From the human T2T-CHM13v2.0 reference genome, Homo sapiens: a DNA stretch of 64,000 bases. The number at the start of each line of letters is the position of its first letter. Positions within the stretch are counted from its first letter, which is position 1. Positions 1-14,171 of the stretch are shown piece after piece. The notes under the pieces were generated by a model. That model ran no database searches, was not told where the DNA came from, and saw only the letters and a program-made list of their open reading frames with translations. Where the stretch lies: NCBI RefSeq assembly GCF_009914755.1, contig NC_060948.1. One strand, given 5' to 3'. A program made the position numbers and the translations under genes.

Positions 1-395
1 GGAATGTAGTGTAATGGACAGGCCTGGAATAAAGTGGAATGCTACGGTCTCGAATGGAATAAAAATGTATGGAATGGAATGCAATGAAACGGAATCGAAT
101 GTCATAGAATGTAATGGAATGCAAAAAAATGGACTCCAAAATCATTGACTGGAAAGGCTGGGTGTCGAAAGGAATTGACTCCAATGGAATGGAATCGAAT
201 GGAATGGAAGTGAATAGAATCGAACTAAATCGAATGGAATGGAATTGATAGGAACGGAATGGAAAGGAATGCAATGATTTGGCATGGAATGGAATCGAAT
301 GGCATCGAATGGAATGGAATGGAATGCAATGGAATGGAATGTATTATAATGTAATGAACTTTAATGGAATGTACTCGAATGGATTCGACTGGAAT

Positions 396-410
396 GGAAT
401 GTTCTCGAAG
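396..410. promoter_or_regulatory. Perfect heat-shock element motif 1 (recurs in every complete unit)
   Basis: gGAAt-gTTCt-cGAAg matches nGAAnnTTCnnGAAn; other units read gGAAg or tGAAg in the third pentamer, still matching. Motif match only. Confidence 0.55.
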
Positions 411-650
411 TGAATGGACTCCAATGGAATGGATTCGAAAGGAATGGAATCTAATGGAATGGAATTAAACGGAAATGAATCAAATTGAATAGAACGGAAT
501 TGAATTGAATGGAATCGAATGCAATGGAATCTAATGAAACGGAAAGGAATGGAATGGAATGGGCTGGAATGGAATGGAATCGAAACGAATGGAATGGAAT
601 CGAACTGAAGAGACTGGAATGGAATGCACTGGAATGGAAGGGAATGTAAT

Positions 651-665
651 GGAAGGTTCTCGAAA
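651..665. promoter_or_regulatory. Perfect heat-shock element motif 2 (recurs per unit)
   Basis: gGAAg-gTTCt-cGAAa; broken in unit 18 (gATCt, ~60885). Motif match only. Confidence 0.5.
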
Positions 666-3423
666 AAAATGGAATCGAAAGGAATGGAATTGAATGGAAC
701 GGAATAGAGTCGAATGGAATTCAATGGAATGGAATGGACTAGAGTGAAATGGAATCGAACCACAAGGAATGGACAGGAATAGAATGGTCTCGAATTGAAT
801 GGAATCGTATGGAATGGCATCAAACGGAATGGAATGGACAGCCACGGAATGGAATGGACACCCACGGAATGGAATGCACTCGAATGCAATGGAGTCGACA
901 CTAATGGACTGGAATAGAATGGAGTCGACTGGTACGGACTCCAATGGAATGGAATCGAATTGAAGGGAATCGAACGGAATGGACTCGAAGGGAAAAGACT
1001 GCAATGGAATGGTCTCCAATGGAATGGAAATTAATGGAATGGAATGGAATCGAATGAAATGGAGTCAAAAGGAATGGAATCGAATGGCAAGAAATCGAAT
1101 GTAATGGAATCGCAAGGAATTGATGTGAACGGAACGGAATGGAATGGAATCCAAAGGAATGGAATAGAATGGAATGGAATCGAATGGAAAGGACTCGAAT
1201 GGAAATCACTCGAATAGAATGCAATTTAATAAAATAGGATCAAATGTAATGGAATGGAATGGAAAGGAATCGAAACGAAAGGAATGGAGACAGATGGAAT
1301 GGAATGGAACAGAGAGCAATGGTATAGAATGGAATGGAATCATCTGGAATGGAATTGAATGGAATGGAATAATATGAAATGGAATGGAATGGAATGGAAT
1401 GCCCTTGAATTAAATGGACTGGAATGGAATGGACTCGAACAGAGTGGAATGGAAAGTGTTGAAATAGAATGGAATGGACTCGTTTGGAATGGTCTAGTAT
1501 GCAATGCAATAGACTGGCAGGGAATCAAAAGGAATGTAATCGAACGGATTGGACTGGAATGCAATGGACTCGAATAGATTGGAAACGGAAAGCAAAGGAA
1601 TGGAATGGAATAGTATGGAATGGAATGCAAAGGAATGGAGTGGAATAGACTAGAGTGGAATGGAATGGACTCGAAAGCAATGGACTGGAATGGAACTTCC
1701 TTGAATGGACTGGAATCAAACGGAATGGAATGCAATGCAATCAAATGGCATGGAATAAAATAGAATGAAAGAGAATCAAATGGAATTGAATCGAATGGAA
1801 TCGAATGGATTGGAAAGGAATAGAATGGAATGGAATGGAATTGACTCAAATGGAATGGACTAGAATGGAATGGATTCGAATGGAAGGCAAAGGAATGGAA
1901 TCTATTGGAATGGACTGTAATGGAATGGAATGGAAGGGATTGGAATGGACTCGAATGGAATGGACTGCAGTAGAAAGGATTCGAATGGAATGAAAAAGAA
2001 TTGAATGGAATAGAACAGAATGGAATCAAATCGAATGAAATGGAATGGAATAGAAAGGAATGGAATGAAATGGAATGGAAAGGATTCGAATGGAATGCAA
2101 TCGAATGGAATGAAATCGAATGGAATGGAATCGAACGGAATGGAATAAAATGGAAGAAAACTGGCAAGAAATGGAGTCGAAATGAATGGAGTGTTATGGA
2201 ACGGACTCAAAAGGAATTGAATGTAATAGAATGGAGTGGAGTGGACTCGAATATAATGGACTGGAATGGAATGAAATCACATGGAATGGGAACGAATGGA
2301 ATGGAATGGAAAGGAATGGAATCGAATGGAAAGGAATCGAATGGAAGGGAATGAAATTGAATCAACAGGAATGGAAGGGAGTAGAATAGACGGTAATGGA
2401 ATGGACTCGAATAGAATGGACACGAATGCTCAAATTGAATGGACTCGAATGGAATGGCAACGAAAGGAATGTCATCGAATGGAATTGAATCGATTGGAAT
2501 GAAATCACATAGAATGGAGTGGAATCAAATGGAATTGAATCGAAAGGAAAGGAAGCGAATGGACTGAAATGAAATGGAATGGAATTGAATGGAAATTAAT
2601 GCAATGGAATAGAATGGAACGAAATTTCACGGAATGGAATCAAACTGAATGGAATCAAATCAATGGAATATAATCAAATGGAATGGAAAGGAATTGAATG
2701 GAGTAGATTGGATTGGATGGGATTGGAATGAAATGTACTGGAAAGGACTCGAATTTCATGAAACGGAATGGAATGAATTAGAACGGAATGGACTCGTATG
2801 GAATGGAATGTCATGGAATGGCATCAAATGGAATGGAATCGAATGCGATGGAATGCTATGGAATGGAATGGAATGCATTGGAATGGAATGTCCTCTAATG
2901 GAATGTATTCGAGTGGAATGGAATCGAATATAATGGAGTCTAATGAAAGGGAATTGAAAGGAATGGGACCGAATACAATGGAATATACTGGAATGTAATG
3001 TAATGAACTCGAATGTAATTGACTGGAATGGAATGTACATGAATGGAATGTAATCGAATGGAAAGCAATCCAATGGAATAGAATCTAATGCAATAAAATC
3101 GACTCAAATAGAGTAGAATGTAATGGAATGGAGTGCAGTGCAATGGAATGGAATGGAATGGAATGCAATGGAATGGAATGGAATGGAATGGAATGGGATG
3201 GAATGGGATGGAATGGATAGTAATGGACTGGAGTGAAATGGACTGGAAAAGAATGGACTCAAATTGAAAGGGCTCGAAAGGAATGGAGTCAAATGGAATG
3301 GTCTGGAATGGAATGAACACGAATGTAATGCAATCCAATGGAATGGAATCGAATGGCATGGAATATAAAGAAATGGAATCGAAGAGAATGGAAACAAATG
3401 GAATGGAATTGAATGGAATGGAA

Positions 3424-3577
3424 TTGAATGGAATGGGAACGAATGGAGTGAAATTGTATGCAGTAGAAGAGAATAGAATGGAATGCAAGCGAAAGGAAAG
3501 GAATGGATTGGAATGGAATGGAATTCATTGGAATGGAAGGGAATGTAGTGTAATGGACAGGCCTGGAATAAAGTGGA
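3424..3577 (+). other. Diagnostic DYZ1 PCR amplicon (example copy; recurs in each unit)
   Basis: TTGAATGGAATGGGAACGAATGG at 3424-3446 and GGACAGGCCTGGAATAAAGTGGA at 3555-3577 match, from memory, the Y1.2 primer and the reverse complement of Y1.1 used for Y-repeat sexing. They span 154 bp. Confidence 0.8.
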
Positions 3578-6500
3578 ATGCTACGGTCTCGAATGGAATA
3601 AAAATGTATGGAATGGAATGCAATGAAACGGAATCGAATGTCATAGAATGTAATGGAATGCAAAAAAATGGACTCCAAAATCATTGACTGGAAAGGCTGG
3701 GTGTCGAAAGGAATTGACTCCAATGGAATGGAAGTGAATAGAATGGAACTAAATCGAATGGAATGGAATTGATAGGAACGGAATGGAAAGGAATGCAATG
3801 ATTTGGCATGGAATGGAATCGAATGGCATCGAATGGAATGGAATGGAATGCAATGGAATGGAATGTATTAGAATGTAATGAACTTTAATGGAATGTACTC
3901 GAATGGATTCGACTGGAATGGAATGTTCTCGAAGTGAATGGACTCCAATGGAATGGATTCGAAAGGAATGGAATCTAATGGAATGGAATTAAATGGAAAT
4001 GAATCAAATTGAATAGAACGGAATTGAATTGAATGGAATCGAATGCAATGGAATCTAATGAAACGGAAAGGAAAGGAATGGAATGGATTGGAATGGAATG
4101 GGCTGGAATGGAATGGAATCGAAACGAATGGAATGGAATCGAACTGAAGAGACTGGAATGGAATGCACTGGAATGGAAGGGAATGTAATGGAAGGTTCTC
4201 GAAAAAAATGGAATCGAAAGGAATGGAATTGAATGGAACGGAATAGAGTCGAATGGAATTCAATGGAATGGAATGGACTAGAGTGAAATGGAATCGAACC
4301 ACAAGGAATGGACAGGAATAGAATGGTCTCGAATTGAATGGAATCGTATGGAATGGCATCAAACGGAATGGAATGGACAGCCACGGAATGGAATGGACAC
4401 CCACGGAATGGAATGCACTCGAATGCAATGGAGTCGACACTAATGGACTGGAATAGAATGGACTCGACTGGTACGGACTCCAATGGAATGGAATCGAATG
4501 GAAGGGAATCGAACGGAATGGACTCGAAGGGAAAAGACTGCAATGGAAAGGTCTCCAATGGAATGGAAATTAATGGAATGGAATGGAATCGAATGAAATG
4601 GAGTCAAAAGGAATGGAATCGAATGGCAAGAAATCGAATGTAATGGAATCGCAAGGAATGGATGTGAACGGAACGGAATGGAATGGAATCCAAAGGAATG
4701 GAATAGAATGGAATGGAATCGAATGGAAAGGACTCGAATGGAAATCACTCGAATAGAATGCAATTTAATAAAATAGGATCAAATGTAATGGAATGGAATG
4801 GAAAGGAATCGAAACGAAAGGAATGGAGACAGATGGAATGGAATGGAACAGAGAGCAATGGTATAGAATGGAATGGAATCATCTGGAATGGAATTGAATG
4901 GAATGGAATAATATGAAATTGAAAGGAATGGAATGGAATGCCCTTGAATTAAATGGACTGGAATGGAATGGACTCGAACGGAGTGGAATGGAAAGTGTTG
5001 AAATAGAATGGAATGGACTCGTTTGGAATGGTCTAGTATGCAATGCAATCGACTGGCAGGGAATCAAAAGGAATGTAATCGAATGGATTGGACTGGAATG
5101 CAATGGACTCGAATAGATTGGAAACGGAAAGCAAAGGAATGGAATGGAATAGTATGGAATGCAATGGAAAGGAATGGAGTGGAATAGACTAGAGTGGAAT
5201 GGAATGGACTCGAAAGCAATGGACTGGAATGGAACTTTCTTGAATGGACTGGAATCAAACGGAATGGAATGCAATGCAATCAAATGGCATGGAATAAAAT
5301 AGAATGAAAGAGAATGAAATGGAATTGAATCGAATGGAATCGAATGGATTGGAAAGGAATAGAATGGAATGGAATGGAATTGACTCAAATGGAATGGACT
5401 AGAATGGAATGGATTCGAATGGAAGGCAAAGGAATGGAATCTATTGGAATGGACTGTAATGGAATGGAATGGAAGGGATTGGAATGGACTCGAATGGAAT
5501 GGACTGCAATAGAAAGGATTCGAATGGAATGAAAAAGAATTGAATGGAATAGAACAGAATGGAATCAAATCGAATGAAATGGAATGGAATAGAAAGGAAT
5601 GGAATGAAATGGAATGGAAAGGATTCGAATGGAATGCAATCGAATGGAATGCAATCGAATGGAATGGAATCGAACGGAATGGAATAAAATGGAAGAAAAC
5701 TGGCAAGAAATGGAATCGAAATGAACGGAGTGTTATGGAACGGACTCAAAAGGAATTGAATGTAATAGAATGGAGTGGAGTGGACTCGAATATAATGGAC
5801 TGGAATGGAATGAAATCACATGGAATGGGAACGAATGGAATGGAATGGAAAGGAATGGAATCGAATGGAAAGGAATCGAATGGAAGGGAATGAAATTGAA
5901 TCAACAGGAATGGAAGGGAGTAGAATAGACGGTAATGGAATGGACTCGAATAGAATGGACACGAATGCTCAAATTGAATGGACTCGAATGGAATGGCAAC
6001 GAAAGGAATGTCATCGAATGGAATTGAATCGATTGGAATGAAATCACATAGAATGGAGTGGAATCAAATGGAATTGAATCGAAAGGAAAGGAAGCGAATG
6101 GACTGAAATGAAATGGAATGGAATTGAATGGAAATTAATGCAATGGAATAGAATGGAACGAAATTTCACGGAATGGAATCAAACTGAATGGAATCAAATC
6201 AATGGAATATAATCAAATGGAATGGAAAGGAATTGAATGGAGTAGATTGGATTGGATGGGATTGGAATGAAATGTACTGGAAAGGACTCGAATTTCATGA
6301 AACGGAATGGAATGAATTAGAACGGAATGGACTCGAATGGAATGGAATGTCATGGAATGGCATCAAATGGAATGGAATCGAATGCGATGGAATGCTATGG
6401 AATGGAATGGAATGCATTGGAATGGAATGTCCTCTAATGGAATGTATTCGAGTGGAATGGAATCGAATATAATGGAGTCTAATGAAAGGGAATTGAAAGG

Positions 6501-7078
6501 AATGGGACCGAATACAATGGAATATACTGGAATGTAATGTAATGAACTCGAATGTAATTGACTGGAATGGAATGTACATGAATGGAATGTAATCGAATGG
6601 AAAGCAATCCAATGGAATAGAATCTAATGCAATAAAATCGACTCAAATAGAGTAGAATGTAATGGAATGGAGTGCAGTGCAATGGAATGGAATGGAATGG
6701 AATGCAATGGAATGGAATGGAATGGAATGGAATGGGATGGAATGGTATGGAATGGATAGTAATGGACTGGAGTGAAATGGACTGGAAAAGAATGGACTCA
6801 AATTGAAAGGGCTCGAAAGGAATGGAGTCAAATGGAATGGTCTGGAATGGAATGAACACGAATGTAATGCAATCCAATGGAATGGAATCGAATGGCATGG
6901 AATATAAAGAAATGGAATCGAAGAGAATGGAAACAAATGGAATGGAATTGAATGGAATGGAATTGAATGGAATGGGAACGAATGGAGTGAAATTGTATGC
7001 AGTAGAAGAGAATAGAATGGAATGCAAGCGAAAGGAAAGGAATGGATTGGAATGGAATGGAATTCATTGGAATGGAAG
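3540..7078 (+). repeat. Unit 2 (3539 bp), subtype A
   Basis: A markers; 15 bp deletion near 3725. Confidence 0.85.
5231..5245. promoter_or_regulatory. Perfect heat-shock element motif 3 (recurs in most units)
   Basis: gGAAc-tTTCt-tGAAt; broken in units 1, 7, 8 and 9. Motif match only. Confidence 0.5.
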
Positions 7079-10000
7079 GGAATGTAGTGTAATGGACAGG
7101 CCTGGAATAAAGTGGAATGCTACGGTCTCGAATGGAATAAAAATGTATGGAATGGAATGCAATGAAACGGAATCGAATGTCATAGAATGTAATGGAATGC
7201 AAAAAAATGGACTCCAAAATCATTGACTGGAAAGGCTGGGTGTCGAAAGGAATTGACTCCAATGGAATGGAAGTGAATAGAATGGAACTAAATCGAATGG
7301 AATGGAATTGATAGGAACGGAATGGAAAGGAATGCAATGATTTGGCATGGAATGGAATCGAATGGCATCGAATGGAATGGAATGGAATGCAATGGAATGG
7401 AATGTATTAGAATGTAATGAACTTTAATGGAATGTACTCGAATGGATTCGACTGGAATGGAATGTTCTCGAAGTGAATGGACTCCAATGGAATGGATTCG
7501 AAAGGAATGGAATCTAATGGAATGGAATTAAATGGAAATGAATCAAATTGAATAGAACGGAATTGAATTGAATGGAATCGAATGCAATGGAATCTAATGA
7601 AACGGAAAGGAAAGGAATGGAATGGATTGGAATGGAATGGGCTGGAATGGAATGGAATCGAAACGAATGGAATGGAATCGAACTGAAGAGACTGGAATGG
7701 AATGCACTGGAATGGAAGGGAATGTAATGGAAGGTTCTCGAAAAAAATGGAATCGAAAGGAATGGAATTGAATGGAACGGAATAGAGTCGAATGGAATTC
7801 AATGGAATGGAATGGACTAGAGTGAAATGGAATCGAACCACAAGGAATGGACAGGAATAGAATGGTCTCGAATTGAATGGAATCGTATGGAATGGCATCA
7901 AACGGAATGGAATGGACAGCCACGGAATGGAATGGACACCCACGGAATGGAATGCACTCGAATGCAATGGAGTCGACACTAATGGACTGGAATAGAATGG
8001 ACTCGACTGGTACGGACTCCAATGGAATGGAATCGAATGGAAGGGAATCGAACGGAATGGACTCGAAGGGAAAAGACTGCAATGGAAAGGTCTCCAATGG
8101 AATGGAAATTAATGGAATGGAATGGAATCGAATGAAATGGAGTCAAAAGGAATGGAATCGAATGGCAAGAAATCGAATGTAATGGAATCGCAAGGAATGG
8201 ATGTGAACGGAACGGAATGGAATGGAATCCAAAGGAATGGAATAGAATGGAATGGAATCGAATGGAAAGGACTCGAATGGAAATCACTCGAATAGAATGC
8301 AATTTAATAAAATAGGATCAAATGTAATGGAATGGAATGGAAAGGAATCGAAACGAAAGGAATGGAGACAGATGGAATGGAATGGAACAGAGAGCAATGG
8401 TATAGAATGGAATGGAATCATCTGGAATGGAATTGAATGGAATGGAATAATATGAAATTGAAAGGAATGGAATGGAATGCCCTTGAATTAAATGGACTGG
8501 AATGGAATGGACTCGAACGGAGTGGAATGGAAAGTGTTGAAATAGAATGGAATGGACTCGTTTGGAATGGTCTAGTATGCAATGCAATCGACTGGCAGGG
8601 AATCAAAAGGAATGTAATCGAATGGATTGGACTGGAATGCAATGGACTCGAATAGATTGGAAACGGAAAGCAAAGGAATGGAATGGAATAGTATGGAATG
8701 CAATGGAAAGGAATGGAGTGGAATAGACTAGAGTGGAATGGAATGGACTCGAAAGCAATGGACTGGAATGGAACTTTCTTGAATGGACTGGAATCAAACG
8801 GAATGGAATGCAATGCAATCAAATGGCATGGAATAAAATAGAATGAAAGAGAATGAAATGGAATTGAATCGAATGGAATCGAATGGATTGGAAAGGAATA
8901 GAATGGAATGGAATGGAATTGACTCAAATGGAATGGACTAGAATGGAATGGATTCGAATGGAAGGCAAAGGAATGGAATCTATTGGAATGGACTGTAATG
9001 GAATGGAATGGAAGGGATTGGAATGGACTCGAATGGAATGGACTGCAATAGAAAGGATTCGAATGGAATGAAAAAGAATTGAATGGAATAGAACAGAATG
9101 GAATCAAATCGAATGAAATGGAATGGAATAGAAAGGAATGGAATGAAATGGAATGGAAAGGATTCGAATGGAATGCAATCGAATGGAATGCAATCGAATG
9201 GAATGGAATCGAACGGAATGGAATAAAATGGAAGAAAACTGGCAAGAAATGGAATCGAAATGAACGGAGTGTTATGGAACGGACTCAAAAGGAATTGAAT
9301 GTAATAGAATGGAGTGGAGTGGACTCGAATATAATGGACTGGAATGGAATGAAATCACATGGAATGGGAACGAATGGAATGGAATGGAAAGGAATGGAAT
9401 CGAATGGAAAGGAATCGAATGGAAGGGAATGAAATTGAATCAACAGGAATGGAAGGGAGTAGAATAGACGGTAATGGAATGGACTCGAATAGAATGGACA
9501 CGAATGCTCAAATTGAATGGACTCGAATGGAATGGCAACGAAAGGAATGTCATCGAATGGAATTGAATCGATTGGAATGAAATCACATAGAATGGAGTGG
9601 AATCAAATGGAATTGAATCGAAAGGAAAGGAAGCGAATGGACTGAAATGAAATGGAATGGAATTGAATGGAAATTAATGCAATGGAATAGAATGGAACGA
9701 AATTTCACGGAATGGAATCAAACTGAATGGAATCAAATCAATGGAATATAATGAAATGGAATGGAAAGGAATTGAATGGAGTAGATTGGATTGGATGGGA
9801 TTGGAATGAAATGTACTGGAAAGGACTCGAATTTCATGAAACGGAATGGAATGAATTAGAACGGAATGGACTCGAATGGAATGGAATGTCATGGAATGGC
9901 ATCAAATGGAATGGAATCGAATGCGATGGAATGCTATGGAATGGAATGGAATGCATTGGAATGGAATGTCCTCTAATGGAATGTATTCGAGTGGAATGGA

Positions 10001-10617
10001 ATCGAATATAATGGAGTCTAATGAAAGGGAATTGAAAGGAATGGGACCGAATACAATGGAATATACTGGAATGTAATGTAATGAACTCGAATGTAATTGA
10101 CTGGAATGGAATGTACATGAATGGAATGTAATCGAATGGAAAGCAATCCAATGGAATAGAATCTAATGCAATAAAATCGACTCAAATAGAGTAGAATGTA
10201 ATGGAATGGAGTGCAGTGCAATGGAATGGAATGGAATGGAATGCAATGGAATGGAATGGAATGGAATGGAATGGGATGGAATGGTATGGAATGGATAGTA
10301 ATGGACTGGAGTGAAATGGACTGGAAAAGAATGGACTCAAATTGAAAGGGCTCGAAAGGAATGGAGTCAAATGGAATGGTCTGGAATGGAATGAACACGA
10401 ATGTAATGCAATCCAATGGAATGGAATCGAATGGCATGGAATATAAAGAAATGGAATCGAAGAGAATGGAAACAAATGGAATGGAATTGAATGGAATGGA
10501 ATTGAATGGAATGGGAACGAATGGAGTGAAATTGTATGCAGTAGAAGAGAATAGAATGGAATGCAAGCGAAAGGAAAGGAATGGATTGGAATGGAATGGA
10601 ATTCATTGGAATGGAAG
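7079..10617 (+). repeat. Unit 3 (3539 bp), subtype A, near-identical to unit 2
   Basis: Same markers as unit 2; the only difference noticed is C>G at 9753. Confidence 0.85.
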
Positions 10618-13600
10618 GGAATGTAGTGTAATGGACAGGCCTGGAATAAAGTGGAATGCTACGGTCTCGAATGGAATAAAAATGTATGGAATGGAATGCA
10701 ATGAAACGGAATCGAATGTCATAGAATGTAATGGAATGCAAAAAAATGGACTCCAAAATCATTGACTGGAAAGGCTGGGTGTCGAAAGGAATTGACTCCA
10801 ATGGAATGGAATCGAATGGAATGGAAGTGAATAGAATCGAACTAAATCGAATGGAATGGAATTGATAGGAACGGAATGGAAAGGAATGCAATGATTTGGC
10901 ATGGAATGGAATCGAATGGCATCGAATGGAATGGAATGGAATGCAATGGAATGGAATGTATTAGAATGTAATGAACTTTAATGGAATGTACTCGAATGGA
11001 TTCGACTGGAATGGAATGTTCTCGAAGTGAATGGACTCCAATGGAATGGATTCGAAAGGAATGGAATCTAATGGAATGGAATTAAATGGAAATGAATCAA
11101 ATTGAATAGAACGGAATTGAATTGAATGGAATCGAATGCAATGGAATCTAATGAAACGGAAAGGAAAGGAATGGAATGGATTGGAATGGAATGGGCTGGA
11201 ATGGAATGGAATCGAAACGAATGGAATGGAATCGAACTGAAGAGACTGGAATGGAATGCACTGGAATGGAAGGGAATGTAATGGAAGGTTCTCGAAAAAA
11301 ATGGAATCGAAAGGAATGGAATTGAATGGAACGGAATAGAGTCGAATGGAATTGAATGGAATGGAATGGACTAGAGTGAAATGGAATCGAACCACAAGGA
11401 ATGGACAGGAATAGAATGGTCTCGAATTGAATGGAATCGTATGGAATGGCATCAAACGGAATGGAATGGACAGCCACGGAATGGAATGGACACCCACGGA
11501 ATGGAATGCACTCGAATGCAATGGAGTCGACACTAATGGACTGGAATAGAATGGACTCGACTGGTACGGACTCCAATGGAATGGAATCGAATGGAAGGGA
11601 ATCGAACGGAATGGACTCGAAGGGAAAAGACTGCAATGGAAAGGTCTCCAATGGAATGGAAATTAATGGAATGGAATGGAATCGAATGAAATGGAGTCAA
11701 AAGGAATGGAATCGAATGGCAAGAAATCGAATGTAATGGAATCGCAAGGAATGGATGTGAACGGAACGGAATGGAATGGAATCCAAAGGAATGGAATAGA
11801 ATGGAATGGAATCGAATGGAAAGGACTCGAATGGAAATCACTCGAATAGAATGCAATTTAATAAAATAGGATCAAATGTAATGGAATGGAATGGAAAGGA
11901 ATCGAAACGAAAGGAATGGAGACAGATGGAATGGAATGGAACAGAGAGCAATGGTATAGAATGGAATGGAATCATCTGGAATGGAATTGAATGGAATGGA
12001 ATAATATGAAATGGAAAGGAATGGAATGGAATGCCCTTGAATTAAATGGACTGGAATGGAATGGACTCGAACGGAGTGGAATGGAAAGTGTTGAAATAGA
12101 ATGGAATGGACTCGTTTGGAATGGTCTAGTATGCAATGCAATCGACTGGCAGGGAATCAAAAGGAATGTAATCGAATGGATTGGACTGGAATGCAATGGA
12201 CTCGAATAGATTGGAAACGGAAAGCAAAGGAATGGAATGGAATAGTATGGAATGGAATGGAAAGGAATGGAGTGGAATAGACTAGAGTGGAATGGAATGG
12301 ACTCGAAAGCAATGGACTGGAATGGAACTTTCTTGAATGGACTGGAATCAAACGGAATGGAATGCAATGCAATCAAATGGCATGGAATAAAATAGAATGA
12401 AAGAGAATGAAATGGAATTGAATCGAATGGAATCGAATGGATTGGAAAGGAATAGAATGGAATGGAATGGAATTGACTCAAATGGAATGGACTACAATGG
12501 AATGGATTCGAATGGAAGGCAAAGGAATGGAATCTATTGGAATGGACTGTAATGGAATGGAATGGAAGGGATTGGAATGGACTCGAATGGAATGGACTGC
12601 AATAGAAAGGATTCGAATGGAATGAAAAAGAATTGAATGGAATAGAACAGAATGGAATCAAATCGAATGAAATGGAATGGAATAGAAAGGAATGGAATGA
12701 AATGGAATGGAAAGGATTCGAATGGAATGCAATCGAATGGAATGCAATCGAATGGAATGGAATCGAACGGAATGGAATAAAATGGAAGAAAACTGGCAAG
12801 AAATGGAATCGAAATGAACGGAGTGTTATGGAACGGACTCAAAAGGAATTGAATGTAATAGAATGGAGTGGAGTGGACTCGAATATAATGGACTGGAATG
12901 GAATGAAATCACATGGAATGGGAACGAATGGAATGGAATGGAAAGGAATGGAATCGAATGGAAAGGAATCGAATGGAAGGGAATGAAATTGAATCAACAG
13001 GAATGGAAGGGAGTAGAATAGACGGTAATGGAATGGACTCGAATAGAATGGACACGAATGCTCAAATTGAATGGACTCGAATGGAATGGCAACGAAAGGA
13101 ATGTCATCGAATGGAATTGAATCGATTGGAATGAAATCACATAGAATGGAGTGGAATCAAATGGAATTGAATCGAAAGGAAAGGAAGCGAATGGACTGAA
13201 ATGAAATGGAATGGAATTGAATGGAAATTAATGCAATGGAATAGAATGGAACGAAATTTCACGGAATGGAATCAAACTGAATGGAATCAAATCAATGGAA
13301 TATAATGAAATGGAATGGAAAGGAATTGAATGGAGTAGATTGGATTGGATGGGATTGGAATGAAATGTACTGGAAAGGACTCGAATTTCATGAAACGGAA
13401 TGGAATGAATTAGAACGGAATGGACTCGAATGGAATGGAATGTCATGGAATGGCATCAAATGGAATGGAATCGAATGCGATGGAATGCTATGGAATGGAA
13501 TGGAATGCATTGGAATGGAATGTCCTCTAATGGAATGTATTCGAGTGGAATGGAATCGAATATAATGGAGTCTAATGAAAGGGAATTGAAAGGAATGGGA

Positions 13601-14171
13601 CCGAATACAATGGAATATACTGGAATGTAATGTAATGAACTCGAATGTAATTGACTGGAATGGAATGTACATGAATGGAATGTAATCGAATGGAAAGCAA
13701 TCCAATGGAATAGAATCTAATGCAATAAAATCGACTCAAATAGAGTAGAATGTAATGGAATGGAGTGCAGTGCAATGGAATGGAATGGAATGGAATGCAA
13801 TGGAATGGAATGGAATGGAATGGAATGGGATGGAATGGTATGGAATGGATAGTAATGGACTGGAGTGAAATGGACTGGAAAAGAATGGACTCAAATTGAA
13901 AGGGCTCGAAAGGAATGGAGTCAAATGGAATGGTCTGGAATGGAATGAACACGAATGTAATGCAATCCAATGGAATGGAATCGAATGGCATGGAATATAA
14001 AGAAATGGAATCGAAGAGAATGGAAACAAATGGAATGGAATTGAATGGAATGGAATTGAATGGAATGGGAACGAATGGAGTGAAATTGTATGCAGTAGAA
14101 GAGAATAGAATGGAATGCAAGCGAAAGGAAAGGAATGGATTGGAATGGAATGGAATTCATTGGAATGGAAG
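10618..14171 (+). repeat. Unit 4 (3554 bp), subtype A
   Basis: A markers, no 15 bp deletion, second EcoRI site lost (~11350), ACTACAAT at ~12491. Confidence 0.85.

Larger units (their letters stand above)
1..3539 (+). repeat. Unit 1 (3539 bp), subtype A
   Basis: GTTCTCGAAG, duplicated ACAGCC/ACACCC 20-mer, GTCGACAC, second EcoRI site at 717-722, private 15 bp deletion near 545. Confidence 0.85.

Noticed and set aside
2650-2680. DUX4-like motif (GAATCAAATCA / TAATCAAATGG)
   Set aside because: Only partial matches to TAAYBBAATCA; DUX4 binding is established for HSATII rather than this sequence.
28-3097. Multiple AATAAA hexamers per unit (e.g. 28, 58, 1228, 3092)
   Set aside because: They are expected whenever an AAT-ending pentamer precedes an AAA-starting variant; no clear GU-rich downstream element or transcript evidence is available from sequence.
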